Below are positions 16,750 to 25,629 of a stretch of 46,452 bases of DNA, piece after piece. Source of the stretch: Acidobacteria bacterium AH-259-O06 (GTDB taxonomy: Bacteria; Acidobacteriota; UBA6911; RPQK01; JADFOI01); the NCBI GenBank assembly GCA_027717865.1, contig JALLOM010000002.1:1-46452 (forward strand), given 5' to 3'. Every line of letters starts with the position of its first letter. Position 1 is the first letter of the stretch. The notes beneath the pieces are model-generated. The model made no database searches. It saw nothing but the letters and a program-made list of their open reading frames with translations, and was not told the origin of the DNA. A program made the translations under genes and the position numbers.

Positions 16750-19700
16750 ATGTCGAGAATAGCAGAAGTTGTCAAACTGAAATCCGGCTACGCGAATTTC
16801 GTGCAGCTGAAAAGCGCTTTTGAGGCGGCCCAGGAGAACGCGGACCGGATGGCCATGTACCGACCGACCAAGGCTCACCGCGTGGCGTTTGAACGTATTT
16901 GTCGAGGGCTCTACCAGCCCAACGACAAGAAGTTCTATCTACTCAGCGGCTCGTATGGAACCGGTAAATCGCACCTGTGCTTGATGACGGCGAATGTTTT
17001 GAGCCGGTCCAGTGGAGACCCGGAGATTGCCGGTTTCCACGAGAACTATGCCAGGCTCGATCCCGAGAAGGCCAAGCTGCTCAAGAATATCCGCAAGGAC
17101 GGCCAGTACCTGGTGGCCATCTGTGACTACCACTCGGGGAGGCACTTCGAAGATGTTGTCATGAAAGCGATCTTCGAAGCCTGCAAGGCCAAGGGCCTGA
17201 ATGCCGGGGTGGAAACGGAGTTTGACGAGGCGGAACGTCAACTGGACGAGTGGGAGAAAAAGGGAGACAAGGGCGGCATCCGCAATTTCTACCAGGACTT
17301 TAGCAAAGCACTCGAATCAGTCGCACCTGGCCTCACCGCGGATCAGCTTCGCGCCGGGCTCAAGAACTACGACTCAAATGTGCTTGAGAAATTCCGTGCC
17401 GCCTTCAAGGCAATGATGGGAGGCGTTGAGTTTCAGGCCCAGGCCGGCAATCTGATTCCCATACTCAAAAAACTGGTTAAGAGCCAGGCTTTCAAAGAGC
17501 GCTTCAAAGGACTGGCAATCTTCTTCGACGAGTTTGGCTTCACCCTGGAAAAGGCAGGCTACTCAAAGGACATCCTGCAGGGATTCATGGAAACGATTTG
17601 TAAGAACGAACCGAACGTTCTCTTTGTAGGATGTATTCACAAGGATTTCAAATCCTATGCCGATCGTTTCAGCAAAGACGATGCGGCAGTCATGAGCGCC
17701 CGAATCACCCAGGTGGACCTGCTCAACGAAGGAATCGAGGAGATCATCGGGGCCATCGTCGAAACGGATAAGAAGAGCAATGCCTGGAAGAAAGAAATCG
17801 CGCCCAAGACGGGCGTCTTTGATCAATTGGTGCCGCCATGTAAGTCACTTGACCTGTTCCCCTGGATCGAAGATGTGAACCGTATTCGCGAACGGGTACT
17901 GGAGGATATCTATGGTGTGCATCCCATGGCCCTGTCCTGCTTGCTGAATCTGTCCTCGGAAATCGGTTCGGATGCGCGCAGCACCTTCACCTTTTTCTCG
18001 GGCGATGTGGGCGGAGAAAAGGGTTCATACGCGGGTTTTATTGAGAATGCCGAGGTGACGGTGGCTGGCGGGAAGCTGAACCTGTACACGGTGGATCAGC
18101 TGTTTACGTTCTTCAAAAAAGAACTCTCGCAAAAGAATCCGGAACTTCGGGAACGGCAGCGGCAGTTTGTCAACGGCTTTTACGCCAGCATGGACGCCCT
18201 GCGAAAGGCCGCTGAAGGAGAGCTGCTGGGGTTTCAGGAGGATGAGCGTATCCAGGTTCTCAGAACAATCCTTATCTACCAGCTCTGCCAGATTCCGACG
18301 AGCTTGGAAAACATTCAGTTTGGACTGTATTGCTTGAGCAACTCTGAAAAAAACCAGATTAAGCGATACTTGAAGGACCTGGTCAAAAACGGCGCTGTCT
18401 TCTTCCGGCAGCAGTCGAAAACCTATGAGCTGGCCGCAAGCACCGGCCAAGACCCCTATGATCTGATTGAGCGCTTTGTTGCCGACACCAAATTGCATCC
18501 ATCGGACACGGTGGCAGCTTTCCTCGAAGAATCCGGCGAAAAGCGTCTCTCGGAATATTCCGAAGCCAAGGGATACAACCTGCCCTTTGGGGAGGACAAA
18601 CGCTTTCGTACCCGTTTTGTACGAGCGAAGGATCTCGGGGATGCGCTTTGGGAGGAAATCCGTACAGACTATGAAGAGAGCCGTAACAAACCTGCGAAGA
18701 GCTTTGAAGGAACGCTCGTCTATGTACTGTGCGAAGACGAAGGAGAGATCAATGTGGCAAGGGAGGCGGCCAAGACCATTTCGGATGACAATGTGGCCCT
18801 GGCTGTGCCGCACGCACCTCAGCCCTTTACTGAAACCCTGCTTCGAGTGAAAGCATGCCGTCATTATCTGCCGCCAAACGAGGCGGAAAAGATAAGCGCC
18901 CAGACCGAGTCACGGCTGCGGGATATCTTTGAGAACCCCGAAGACGGATACCTGCCGACGCTGCATCGCGTGTTTCGAGACACCATGGAGGGCAGCGGAG
19001 CCTGCTGGTATTGGCAGGGAGGGAAAGTCCTGGTGGATAAACCCAAGCAATCCCACAAACCCGCGGACATGCTGTGCGACGAGCTGTTTAAGAAACGCTG
19101 CCGTATTAAGCACCCGGATCTGAATTTCTGCCACGACGAAAAATGGCGCACCGGGAAGAACATGGCTTTGAAGCAGGCCGTAGGCGTTTTGCTGGAAGCA
19201 GAAAGGGTTCTGATTGATAACGGGAACCCTGACAATCACGGCCAGAAGAGGTACCTGGAAAAAGTTCTGCTGAAAGGCGCAGGGGCCCTCAAGAAAGCCG
19301 GTTCAGAAGGTGTGGTTTCATATTTCGCGTGCGAGACCGATCCTGCCAAGCTCCACGATGATTTTCCGGTCTTCAAAGAACTGTGTGATCGGCTGTCAAA
19401 TCTCAATCCTGGGGAAATGTTCTCGGTTGGCGCTTTTCTTGAGGATGCAAAGGATGCGCCTTACGGCGTTGGTGGTACACCTTTGATGCTATCGCTGGCT
19501 CATGTCATTCGGGCCTATGGCGAGCGATTGATTGTGTACAAAGACTCCACCAGGATGGTGGAGCAGCCTCTTCGGTCCTATGACGATTTGGTTAAGATCG
19601 TGTCAGACCCTGCCGCCAAGACAGTCTTTGTGGTCCGTGATATTTCACAGGCCCAAATCACCCTCATCGATCTGGTCGCCAAAGCAGTTGACGCACCGCC

Positions 19701-20793
19701 GCTGAAGCATGGCGAAACCCGATCTCTTAACTCCGCCTTTGAGAAGCTCAAACAATGGTGGAGCGGTTTGCCAGCTGTTGCCAAAGTGATTAGCCTGTAT
19801 GAAAAAGATCGACAGGCTCGTTTGAACGCGCTCAAGAGTCTGATGGACGGATTGACCGGCAGCGTGGACCGATTTGATTTCATGCTCGAGCAATTGCCGG
19901 CGGTTTACAGTGGCGGTCCGGTTGGGGACACCCTCACAGAAAAGGACGCCAAAACCATCTGTGATGCCTTTGCCCAGGATGTGACACTTCTCAACTCGGG
20001 CGAACAGATTGCACAAGGCCAAGTGGCGCAGGCTGTTTGTGATATCTACGGTGCCAAAGGCGACATGATCGAATGTGAAAATGTGGTTAGTAAATGGTAC
20101 GCAAACTTGAACCCAAGCCAACGCGATCCACACAAGTGCGACCATGAGGATGCGAAACAGTTCCTTGTGCGCCTGGCCGATCAGTCCGTCAGTTTCAGTA
20201 CCAAGATTGTTAATCTTCTGTCGAAGGATTACGGATTTGGAGCGGTAGCGGAGTGGACATCGCTTCACATCAAGCACTACGCAGCCAAACTAAAACAGGC
20301 CAAGGCAGAGATCGATAAAGCCAAGCCGGTCGTCTATAGTCCGGCTGTTGATGAGGGCGTGCATGAAATTCGGGAATCACAGGAGATGTATGTCGAAATC
20401 CCCAAAGGGGCAGCTCGATTGATCTACACCCTGGATGGAAGCGACCCCCGTCACTCGGATAATGCCCAAACAACCGACAACAAGCTTGATCTGATCAGTC
20501 TTCTTGAAGACCGGCCCAATGTGAAGATAAAAATGCGGGCCGTGGACCAGGACGGCAATGCCAGCGATCTTGTCAGTGTCGAGCTGGTCAGCAAGGAACG
20601 AAAATACGAGATACAGGTGGACTCGAAACTCTTCGGTGAGAAGGAAGCGACGTTTAAGTGCCCGGATGACACGGAAGGGTTAGTGGCCGTCCTTAAATCC
20701 GTAATCAGCTATGGAGTGAAAAGGAAATTGCTGAGTAAGGGCAGGGCTCAAAAGATTGAAACGCTATTGAGTGACTTGAATAAGGATAAATGA
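16750..20793 (+). CDS. brxC: BrxC/PglY-like large P-loop NTPase
   Basis: 1347 aa. Walker A is GSYGTGKSH (16948-16974) and Walker B is LAIFFDEFG. Size and position next to PglZ fit BrxC. The C-terminus carries an IYTLDGSDP module. Confidence 0.72.
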   Translation: MSRIAEVVKLKSGYANFVQLKSAFEAAQENADRMAMYRPTKAHRVAFERICRGLYQPNDKKFYLLSGSYGTGKSHLCLMTANVLSRSSGDPEIAGFHENYARLDPEKAKLLKNIRKDGQYLVAICDYHSGRHFEDVVMKAIFEACKAKGLNAGVETEFDEAERQLDEWEKKGDKGGIRNFYQDFSKALESVAPGLTADQLRAGLKNYDSNVLEKFRAAFKAMMGGVEFQAQAGNLIPILKKLVKSQAFKERFKGLAIFFDEFGFTLEKAGYSKDILQGFMETICKNEPNVLFVGCIHKDFKSYADRFSKDDAAVMSARITQVDLLNEGIEEIIGAIVETDKKSNAWKKEIAPKTGVFDQLVPPCKSLDLFPWIEDVNRIRERVLEDIYGVHPMALSCLLNLSSEIGSDARSTFTFFSGDVGGEKGSYAGFIENAEVTVAGGKLNLYTVDQLFTFFKKELSQKNPELRERQRQFVNGFYASMDALRKAAEGELLGFQEDERIQVLRTILIYQLCQIPTSLENIQFGLYCLSNSEKNQIKRYLKDLVKNGAVFFRQQSKTYELAASTGQDPYDLIERFVADTKLHPSDTVAAFLEESGEKRLSEYSEAKGYNLPFGEDKRFRTRFVRAKDLGDALWEEIRTDYEESRNKPAKSFEGTLVYVLCEDEGEINVAREAAKTISDDNVALAVPHAPQPFTETLLRVKACRHYLPPNEAEKISAQTESRLRDIFENPEDGYLPTLHRVFRDTMEGSGACWYWQGGKVLVDKPKQSHKPADMLCDELFKKRCRIKHPDLNFCHDEKWRTGKNMALKQAVGVLLEAERVLIDNGNPDNHGQKRYLEKVLLKGAGALKKAGSEGVVSYFACETDPAKLHDDFPVFKELCDRLSNLNPGEMFSVGAFLEDAKDAPYGVGGTPLMLSLAHVIRAYGERLIVYKDSTRMVEQPLRSYDDLVKIVSDPAAKTVFVVRDISQAQITLIDLVAKAVDAPPLKHGETRSLNSAFEKLKQWWSGLPAVAKVISLYEKDRQARLNALKSLMDGLTGSVDRFDFMLEQLPAVYSGGPVGDTLTEKDAKTICDAFAQDVTLLNSGEQIAQGQVAQAVCDIYGAKGDMIECENVVSKWYANLNPSQRDPHKCDHEDAKQFLVRLADQSVSFSTKIVNLLSKDYGFGAVAEWTSLHIKHYAAKLKQAKAEIDKAKPVVYSPAVDEGVHEIRESQEMYVEIPKGAARLIYTLDGSDPRHSDNAQTTDNKLDLISLLEDRPNVKIKMRAVDQDGNASDLVSVELVSKERKYEIQVDSKLFGEKEATFKCPDDTEGLVAVLKSVISYGVKRKLLSKGRAQKIETLLSDLNKDK

Positions 20794-23216
20794 GGAGCTG
20801 GTGTGTGACTGTGGAAGATAAAAAGCAGGTATCGGTCAGCTATATCGGAGATCTGGCTCACACTCCTCCCGATGACGTCCTTTTGGTAGAGCGTGATGAG
20901 GATTATGTGCGGGCGTGCCAGGAGTTATCACCCAGAGGGTCATCGGGTGCCGGTCTGAAAGTGTGGGTGCGTTCAAAGAACCACTTTGCCTGGCTGCGGG
21001 ATTTCATCGAGCAGATTGGTTGCCACTCCATTTTCAAGGAAATGACGGCCCGCCTGGTATTGGCTGAACAGTGGAATGTGCGGGTGCGTGATTGGCTGAC
21101 CGATGCAGATGTTCTCGAACAGAGCCTGTTGGAGATAGAGGTTGATTCTCAGAAAGAACAGACGAGTTTCACCAATCGTTTACTGATACATCTCCTGGGC
21201 CCTGCATTTCAATCTGATATTCTCAATACGACAGACCTCGTCGATGTGATCAAAGCGCTCGTTAGTGATGACGCGAAAGCCGCATTCAAGCAATACCCTG
21301 TACTGTATCGCTGTTTAGAAACCAAATGTGAAAATTGGGCGGGGGGTAGTAATGAGACATGGGTTAAAGATATCAGCAACCGGCTTTATGAAAATGCAGG
21401 CGAAATCTGGCAGTGGCTCAGCCTATGGGCCTGCCTGCACGGCTACCCCGAGAAGCTGCTGGAATACGTGCTGGCTCCAGAGCAGGTTCTATTTGTACGG
21501 AAGATCCCTGCTGAGGGGGTTTACGATTTGCCCCTGGAGCCCACGGCCAGGGAACAGATACTGACCCAGGTTGAACTGCTTTTTGAAGAAATACGGAAGC
21601 AAGTAACTTCAAGCGATGAGTTTCAGAAAGTCGTGGGATGGACTTCCGGAAGGCTCTTTCAAGAATATCATTTTGTTTCAAGAATTCTCAAAGGCAATCT
21701 TTTTTCTCCAACTAAAGAAGACGTTCAAAAGGTCCAGGCCAAGTTCAGGTCTTGTCCCGGTGTGAGTGAAAACAAACTGAATTCCCTCCGCTACTATGTC
21801 ATGCCCAGCCGCCCAGCCCTGCTCGGGCCGGAAGAAGAATGGAGTAGCGTTGAGTGGATTCGATGGACAACGGAGGAATATGCCCCGTACCGCACCTGGC
21901 AGGTTCATAACGGCCATTATGATGAAGAATTAGAGAAAACAGTAGCACGCTTTTCAGAATGGTTTATTGAGGAATATGCGTCCATCCACAAAGATTCAAA
22001 CCTCAGCCTGATTCACTGCTTGAGAATCCTCTCATCGAGCGGTTCGGAAGACGAATTGTCGATCATCCTCCTTGTTGATTGCCTTCCTTTGACTTTTGTA
22101 AGCCTCCTGGACGACGCGCTTCGAAACGTCGGCTTTAGTCGGCATGATTTACATTATCGTTTCGCAGCGTTGCCGACCATTACGGAATACAACAAACCTG
22201 TTCTCCTGAGCGGAGAGTGGCAGAATGATGCAGGGAATTACGAGGCCATTCTCAAGGCGCGTGCAAAGGCCGACTGGAACAACAAACAGGTTGTATACCT
22301 GAACAACCTGAAGGCGATGTCCGAGATGGCGGCTCCGCAGGAGGCTACCATCGTCCTTCTTAATTTCCTAGACGGGGATGAGCTGCTTCACTCTGACGTG
22401 GAATCAAAAAACACATCGCATGAGCAGGAGTTGCATCGTCTCTTTGCACGTATGGCGGAGTCTGTAAACAGGCTGTCAAAGGAGTGGGCCGGGCCAAGGG
22501 AGCATTTCAGCGTTTATGTTGTAACGGATCACGGTGCCTGCCGCATTCTTGAAGAAGAAAAACGGTCTTTCGATTCTACGGTCGTCAATAAGCTGTTTCC
22601 TGACGAGAAGCACCGGTTCGCAGCGGTAGACGAAAAACAAGTGGATGATATTCCTGACAACCTGTGGGCATTGGGGCATAAATTCAAGCAGCCCTTTGTG
22701 TCGGATGACAAAATATTTTTCTTACCCAAAGGCCACAATACCGTTCGCCAGTCCGGCAGAGCAAAGGGCTACCTGCATGGGGGGGGTACCCCGGAAGAGG
22801 TTATCGTTCCAACAGCTATATACAAACTGGTAAAAGCTGCCTGGAAAACGCCTGCTGCGCGTTTTCTTAACCTGGACTTGGTAAAAGAAACGGGTAGGGC
22901 CAAATTCTATATCCAACGAGTCGTGACTCTGAAGGTTGAGATACAGAACCCGAACGCTATGGACATCCGTATTCTTCGAGCCAGTGTAACGTCCCCTGAA
23001 ACTGACCTCAAGACTTGTGAAGTTGCGGTAGTACCGGCTGGAAGCGTGAACGCCCTTCAAATGAGCTGCTATTTCAAGAAAGTGGCTTTGGGGGAAAAGA
23101 GTCTGGAAATCGAGATCGCATATGAAGTATCCGGCGAACAGCACACTCTTTCCCTCACGCTTGAATGTGAATTCAAATCAGCCATGGCGGGCGGGTTCAG
23201 TTTGAGAGACCTTTGA
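20790..23216 (+). CDS. pglZ: PglZ alkaline-phosphatase-superfamily protein
   Basis: ATGA overlap with brxC; an in-frame GTG at 20805 behind a GAGGAG is an alternative start. Motifs are ILLVDCLPL, ALPTITEYNKPVLLSG, VVTDHGA and YLHGGGTPEEVIVP. Confidence 0.88.
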   Translation: MRSWCVTVEDKKQVSVSYIGDLAHTPPDDVLLVERDEDYVRACQELSPRGSSGAGLKVWVRSKNHFAWLRDFIEQIGCHSIFKEMTARLVLAEQWNVRVRDWLTDADVLEQSLLEIEVDSQKEQTSFTNRLLIHLLGPAFQSDILNTTDLVDVIKALVSDDAKAAFKQYPVLYRCLETKCENWAGGSNETWVKDISNRLYENAGEIWQWLSLWACLHGYPEKLLEYVLAPEQVLFVRKIPAEGVYDLPLEPTAREQILTQVELLFEEIRKQVTSSDEFQKVVGWTSGRLFQEYHFVSRILKGNLFSPTKEDVQKVQAKFRSCPGVSENKLNSLRYYVMPSRPALLGPEEEWSSVEWIRWTTEEYAPYRTWQVHNGHYDEELEKTVARFSEWFIEEYASIHKDSNLSLIHCLRILSSSGSEDELSIILLVDCLPLTFVSLLDDALRNVGFSRHDLHYRFAALPTITEYNKPVLLSGEWQNDAGNYEAILKARAKADWNNKQVVYLNNLKAMSEMAAPQEATIVLLNFLDGDELLHSDVESKNTSHEQELHRLFARMAESVNRLSKEWAGPREHFSVYVVTDHGACRILEEEKRSFDSTVVNKLFPDEKHRFAAVDEKQVDDIPDNLWALGHKFKQPFVSDDKIFFLPKGHNTVRQSGRAKGYLHGGGTPEEVIVPTAIYKLVKAAWKTPAARFLNLDLVKETGRAKFYIQRVVTLKVEIQNPNAMDIRILRASVTSPETDLKTCEVAVVPAGSVNALQMSCYFKKVALGEKSLEIEIAYEVSGEQHTLSLTLECEFKSAMAGGFSLRDL

Positions 23217-25219
23217 TGGAGGCAAGAAAAAACATGATGTCATTTGAATGCAAAGCAAAAGACTATTACGGCGAGGTCGTTATCAACAAAGGTCTCATGG
23301 GAAAGGCCGGATTCGGCGCTCGAGCGATTCCCGTCTACGTTGGCGAATGGATCATCAGCCAGTTCATGGACGGAGATGAACTTACGGATGACGGCAGAAC
23401 CGAGATTGTCAATACGATCTCAAAATACTTACCGCAAAAAGCGGACAAGAATATGATCCTGAATCGCCTTATGGAGCAGGAAGAGGTCCGCATTCTGGAT
23501 GACTTTCGGGTCAACGTGAACCTGGAGCGCCACACGCACGATCTGAGCATTCCGCTGCTGGATGTCAGCAATGGGATGGTGCAAAAGGATATCATTGACA
23601 ACAACCCCATGCTCCTAAAAACGGGCATGTGGGGTCTGGGAACATTGCGGTATGTGCCCCCTGACGGCGAGGACGTGAAGAAAGGCCAAATATGGATGGT
23701 CGAATTCAAAGCGTTCCAAACCCCAGGGGTTGATTTAGACTATTTCCGGGATTCACGTAAACACTTCGATATAGATGAGTGGATAGACCTCTTGGTATCG
23801 AGTTGTCAATTCAATCCCGACGTTCACCGGTTGTCGCAGAAACTCTTGCTTCTCAGCAGAATAATCCCCTTGGTCGAGCCGAGGGTCAATATTACAGAAC
23901 TGGCACCGAAAGGTACTGGGAAGTCGTTCGTGTTCGATAATATCAGCCGATATGCAGCCGTGATACCAGGCGGGAAACTCTCGGCACCTGCTTTGTTTTT
24001 CAACAGCAACACAAAGCAAATCGGTCTCATTCCACGATATGATGTTGTTGTAGTCGATGAAATCCAAAAGATTCATACCGATGCGTCCGGCGAGGCCATG
24101 GCGGCTCTCAAGATGTATCTTGAAAGCGGCAGATATCGCAGAGCAACAGGAGACCTGGGAACGTCAGAGTCCGGCTTTGTGATGCTCGGCAATATCACGC
24201 TGAGTGTCAACCGGTTGCCGCTGTATGAAAGCGACGGGATATTTAAGGAACTGCCGACCGCCCTTCAGGAATCGGCCTTCATAGATCGAATCCACGGGCT
24301 GATTGAAGGGTGGTTCATGCCGCGTGTGTCCAGGAACACGCCCTCAAGAACGCTTGGATTCAAGGGAGATTTCTTTAGCGAGGTGTTACATGAGCTGCGT
24401 GTCGACCTGCGGTACGCGGACTATGTCTCACGAAGTTTGCACCTGCCGCAATGTGAGGATATGCGCGATAACAAAGCTATCGCTCGGTTGGCCGAAGGAT
24501 ATCTAAAGCTGCTTTTCCCCGACCTTGAACTAAGTGAAGAAGAATTCATTTCATACTGTGTGAATCCTGCAGTTCGGATGCGGCAGCAAATTCGGGATGA
24601 ATTGTCAAAGATCGACCAGGAGTACAAGTGGGTAACGATCAAGAGCGAGAGCCCTGACGACTTTCAGCTGTCTCATCCAGATGAACGGCCGAATCCCGAA
24701 CAAGAAGCGCAGAAGGTCGATCCATTGTCACCAGATCGAAGTCCCGAAGAAAAGACTCTGGACCTGGTTGAGGGGCAGAGGGGAATCTCGTATGAAAAAC
24801 TCTTCCTTCCCTATCTCAAGGGTGCAAAATCAATCAAGATATGTGATCCATACATTCGGTTGCAGTATCAAATCTACAATCTTATGTCTTTCTGCGAGAT
24901 GCTGGACCCATCGGAAGGGACATTGAAACTCGACCTTGTGACGGCATGTGATTCTTACCTGGAAACTGAGCTGAAAGACAAGCTCAATGAATTGAAAAAG
25001 GGACTAAGCCGGGATCATATCGAGTTTGATTATGTTTTAGAGGACAACCTCCATGATCGATGGATAGAAACAGACACAGGGTGGAGAATAATCTTGGGCC
25101 GTGGCCTGGATATGTTCCAGAAACCGGAGGACAAATTTACCCTGGGCTTCATGGATCAAACGAAACGGAAATGCAAGGCAACAACGATCACGTATACACG
25201 AGCAAAGGCAGTGCTGTGA
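23216..25219 (+). CDS. BrxL-like AAA+ ATPase lacking the Lon protease domain; C-terminal MIT_C/PLD-like domain
   Basis: ATG 23216 overlaps the pglZ stop (TGATG). The BrxL-type N-terminus is VVINKGL..IPVYVGEWIISQF. Walker A is APKGTGKS (23903-23926) and Walker B is YDVVVVDEIQ, with AFIDRIHGLIEGW downstream. The C-terminus has DPYIR (24845-24859) and HDRWIETDTGWRIILGRGLDMF (25052-25117). Confidence 0.8.
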   Translation: MEARKNMMSFECKAKDYYGEVVINKGLMGKAGFGARAIPVYVGEWIISQFMDGDELTDDGRTEIVNTISKYLPQKADKNMILNRLMEQEEVRILDDFRVNVNLERHTHDLSIPLLDVSNGMVQKDIIDNNPMLLKTGMWGLGTLRYVPPDGEDVKKGQIWMVEFKAFQTPGVDLDYFRDSRKHFDIDEWIDLLVSSCQFNPDVHRLSQKLLLLSRIIPLVEPRVNITELAPKGTGKSFVFDNISRYAAVIPGGKLSAPALFFNSNTKQIGLIPRYDVVVVDEIQKIHTDASGEAMAALKMYLESGRYRRATGDLGTSESGFVMLGNITLSVNRLPLYESDGIFKELPTALQESAFIDRIHGLIEGWFMPRVSRNTPSRTLGFKGDFFSEVLHELRVDLRYADYVSRSLHLPQCEDMRDNKAIARLAEGYLKLLFPDLELSEEEFISYCVNPAVRMRQQIRDELSKIDQEYKWVTIKSESPDDFQLSHPDERPNPEQEAQKVDPLSPDRSPEEKTLDLVEGQRGISYEKLFLPYLKGAKSIKICDPYIRLQYQIYNLMSFCEMLDPSEGTLKLDLVTACDSYLETELKDKLNELKKGLSRDHIEFDYVLEDNLHDRWIETDTGWRIILGRGLDMFQKPEDKFTLGFMDQTKRKCKATTITYTRAKAVL

Positions 25220-25441
25220 TGAATTGTCGCTGCAGACAGCTAATTGAATGGCAGTTGGAAACCCAGCCGGAATTCCTGAAGCAGCTAATGTTCACCGACA
25301 CAACAGCCCGAGCATTTTTTCCATTTCGCCTGGCGCACGTCTCCGGGAAGCACCTAGTATCTCTCTCACCTCGCTTGGCCCTGTCCTCCTGAAAAATGTC
25401 GTCCACCTTGTACAGCAACGACTTACAGAATCCTTGAGTAA

Positions 25442-25629
25442 GTGCTCTACTGGCGGAGAAAGTCGAAAGGGCTGCGAGGTCGGCCCCCCATACCGAAGGA
25501 GATGAGGGATACGATTCGTAAGCTGAGCCGGGAGAATCCTTTGTGGAGTGCCGAACGCATCCGAGATACCTTACGATTGCTTGGCTATGATCCTCCTTGT
25601 AGTGACACCATCCGCAAGTACATGGTCCA
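25442..25629 (+). pseudogene. Internal fragment of a transposase/integrase-core family gene (HTH region), truncated at both ends
   Basis: ..LYWRRKSKGLRGRPPIPKEMRDTIRKLSRENPLWSAERIRDTLRLLGYDPPCSDTIRKYMV matches the ..[45 protein letters not shown] region of a common transposase family from memory. A stop lies immediately upstream, and the homology ends at the right repeat. Confidence 0.6.

Noticed and set aside
18025-18864. 279-aa ORF antisense inside brxC. The same reasoning applies to 19645-20277, 13696-14130, 22722-23144 and 15202-15765.
   Set aside because: These are shadow ORFs inside long, motif-supported plus-strand genes of a tightly coupled operon. None has a recognisable domain.
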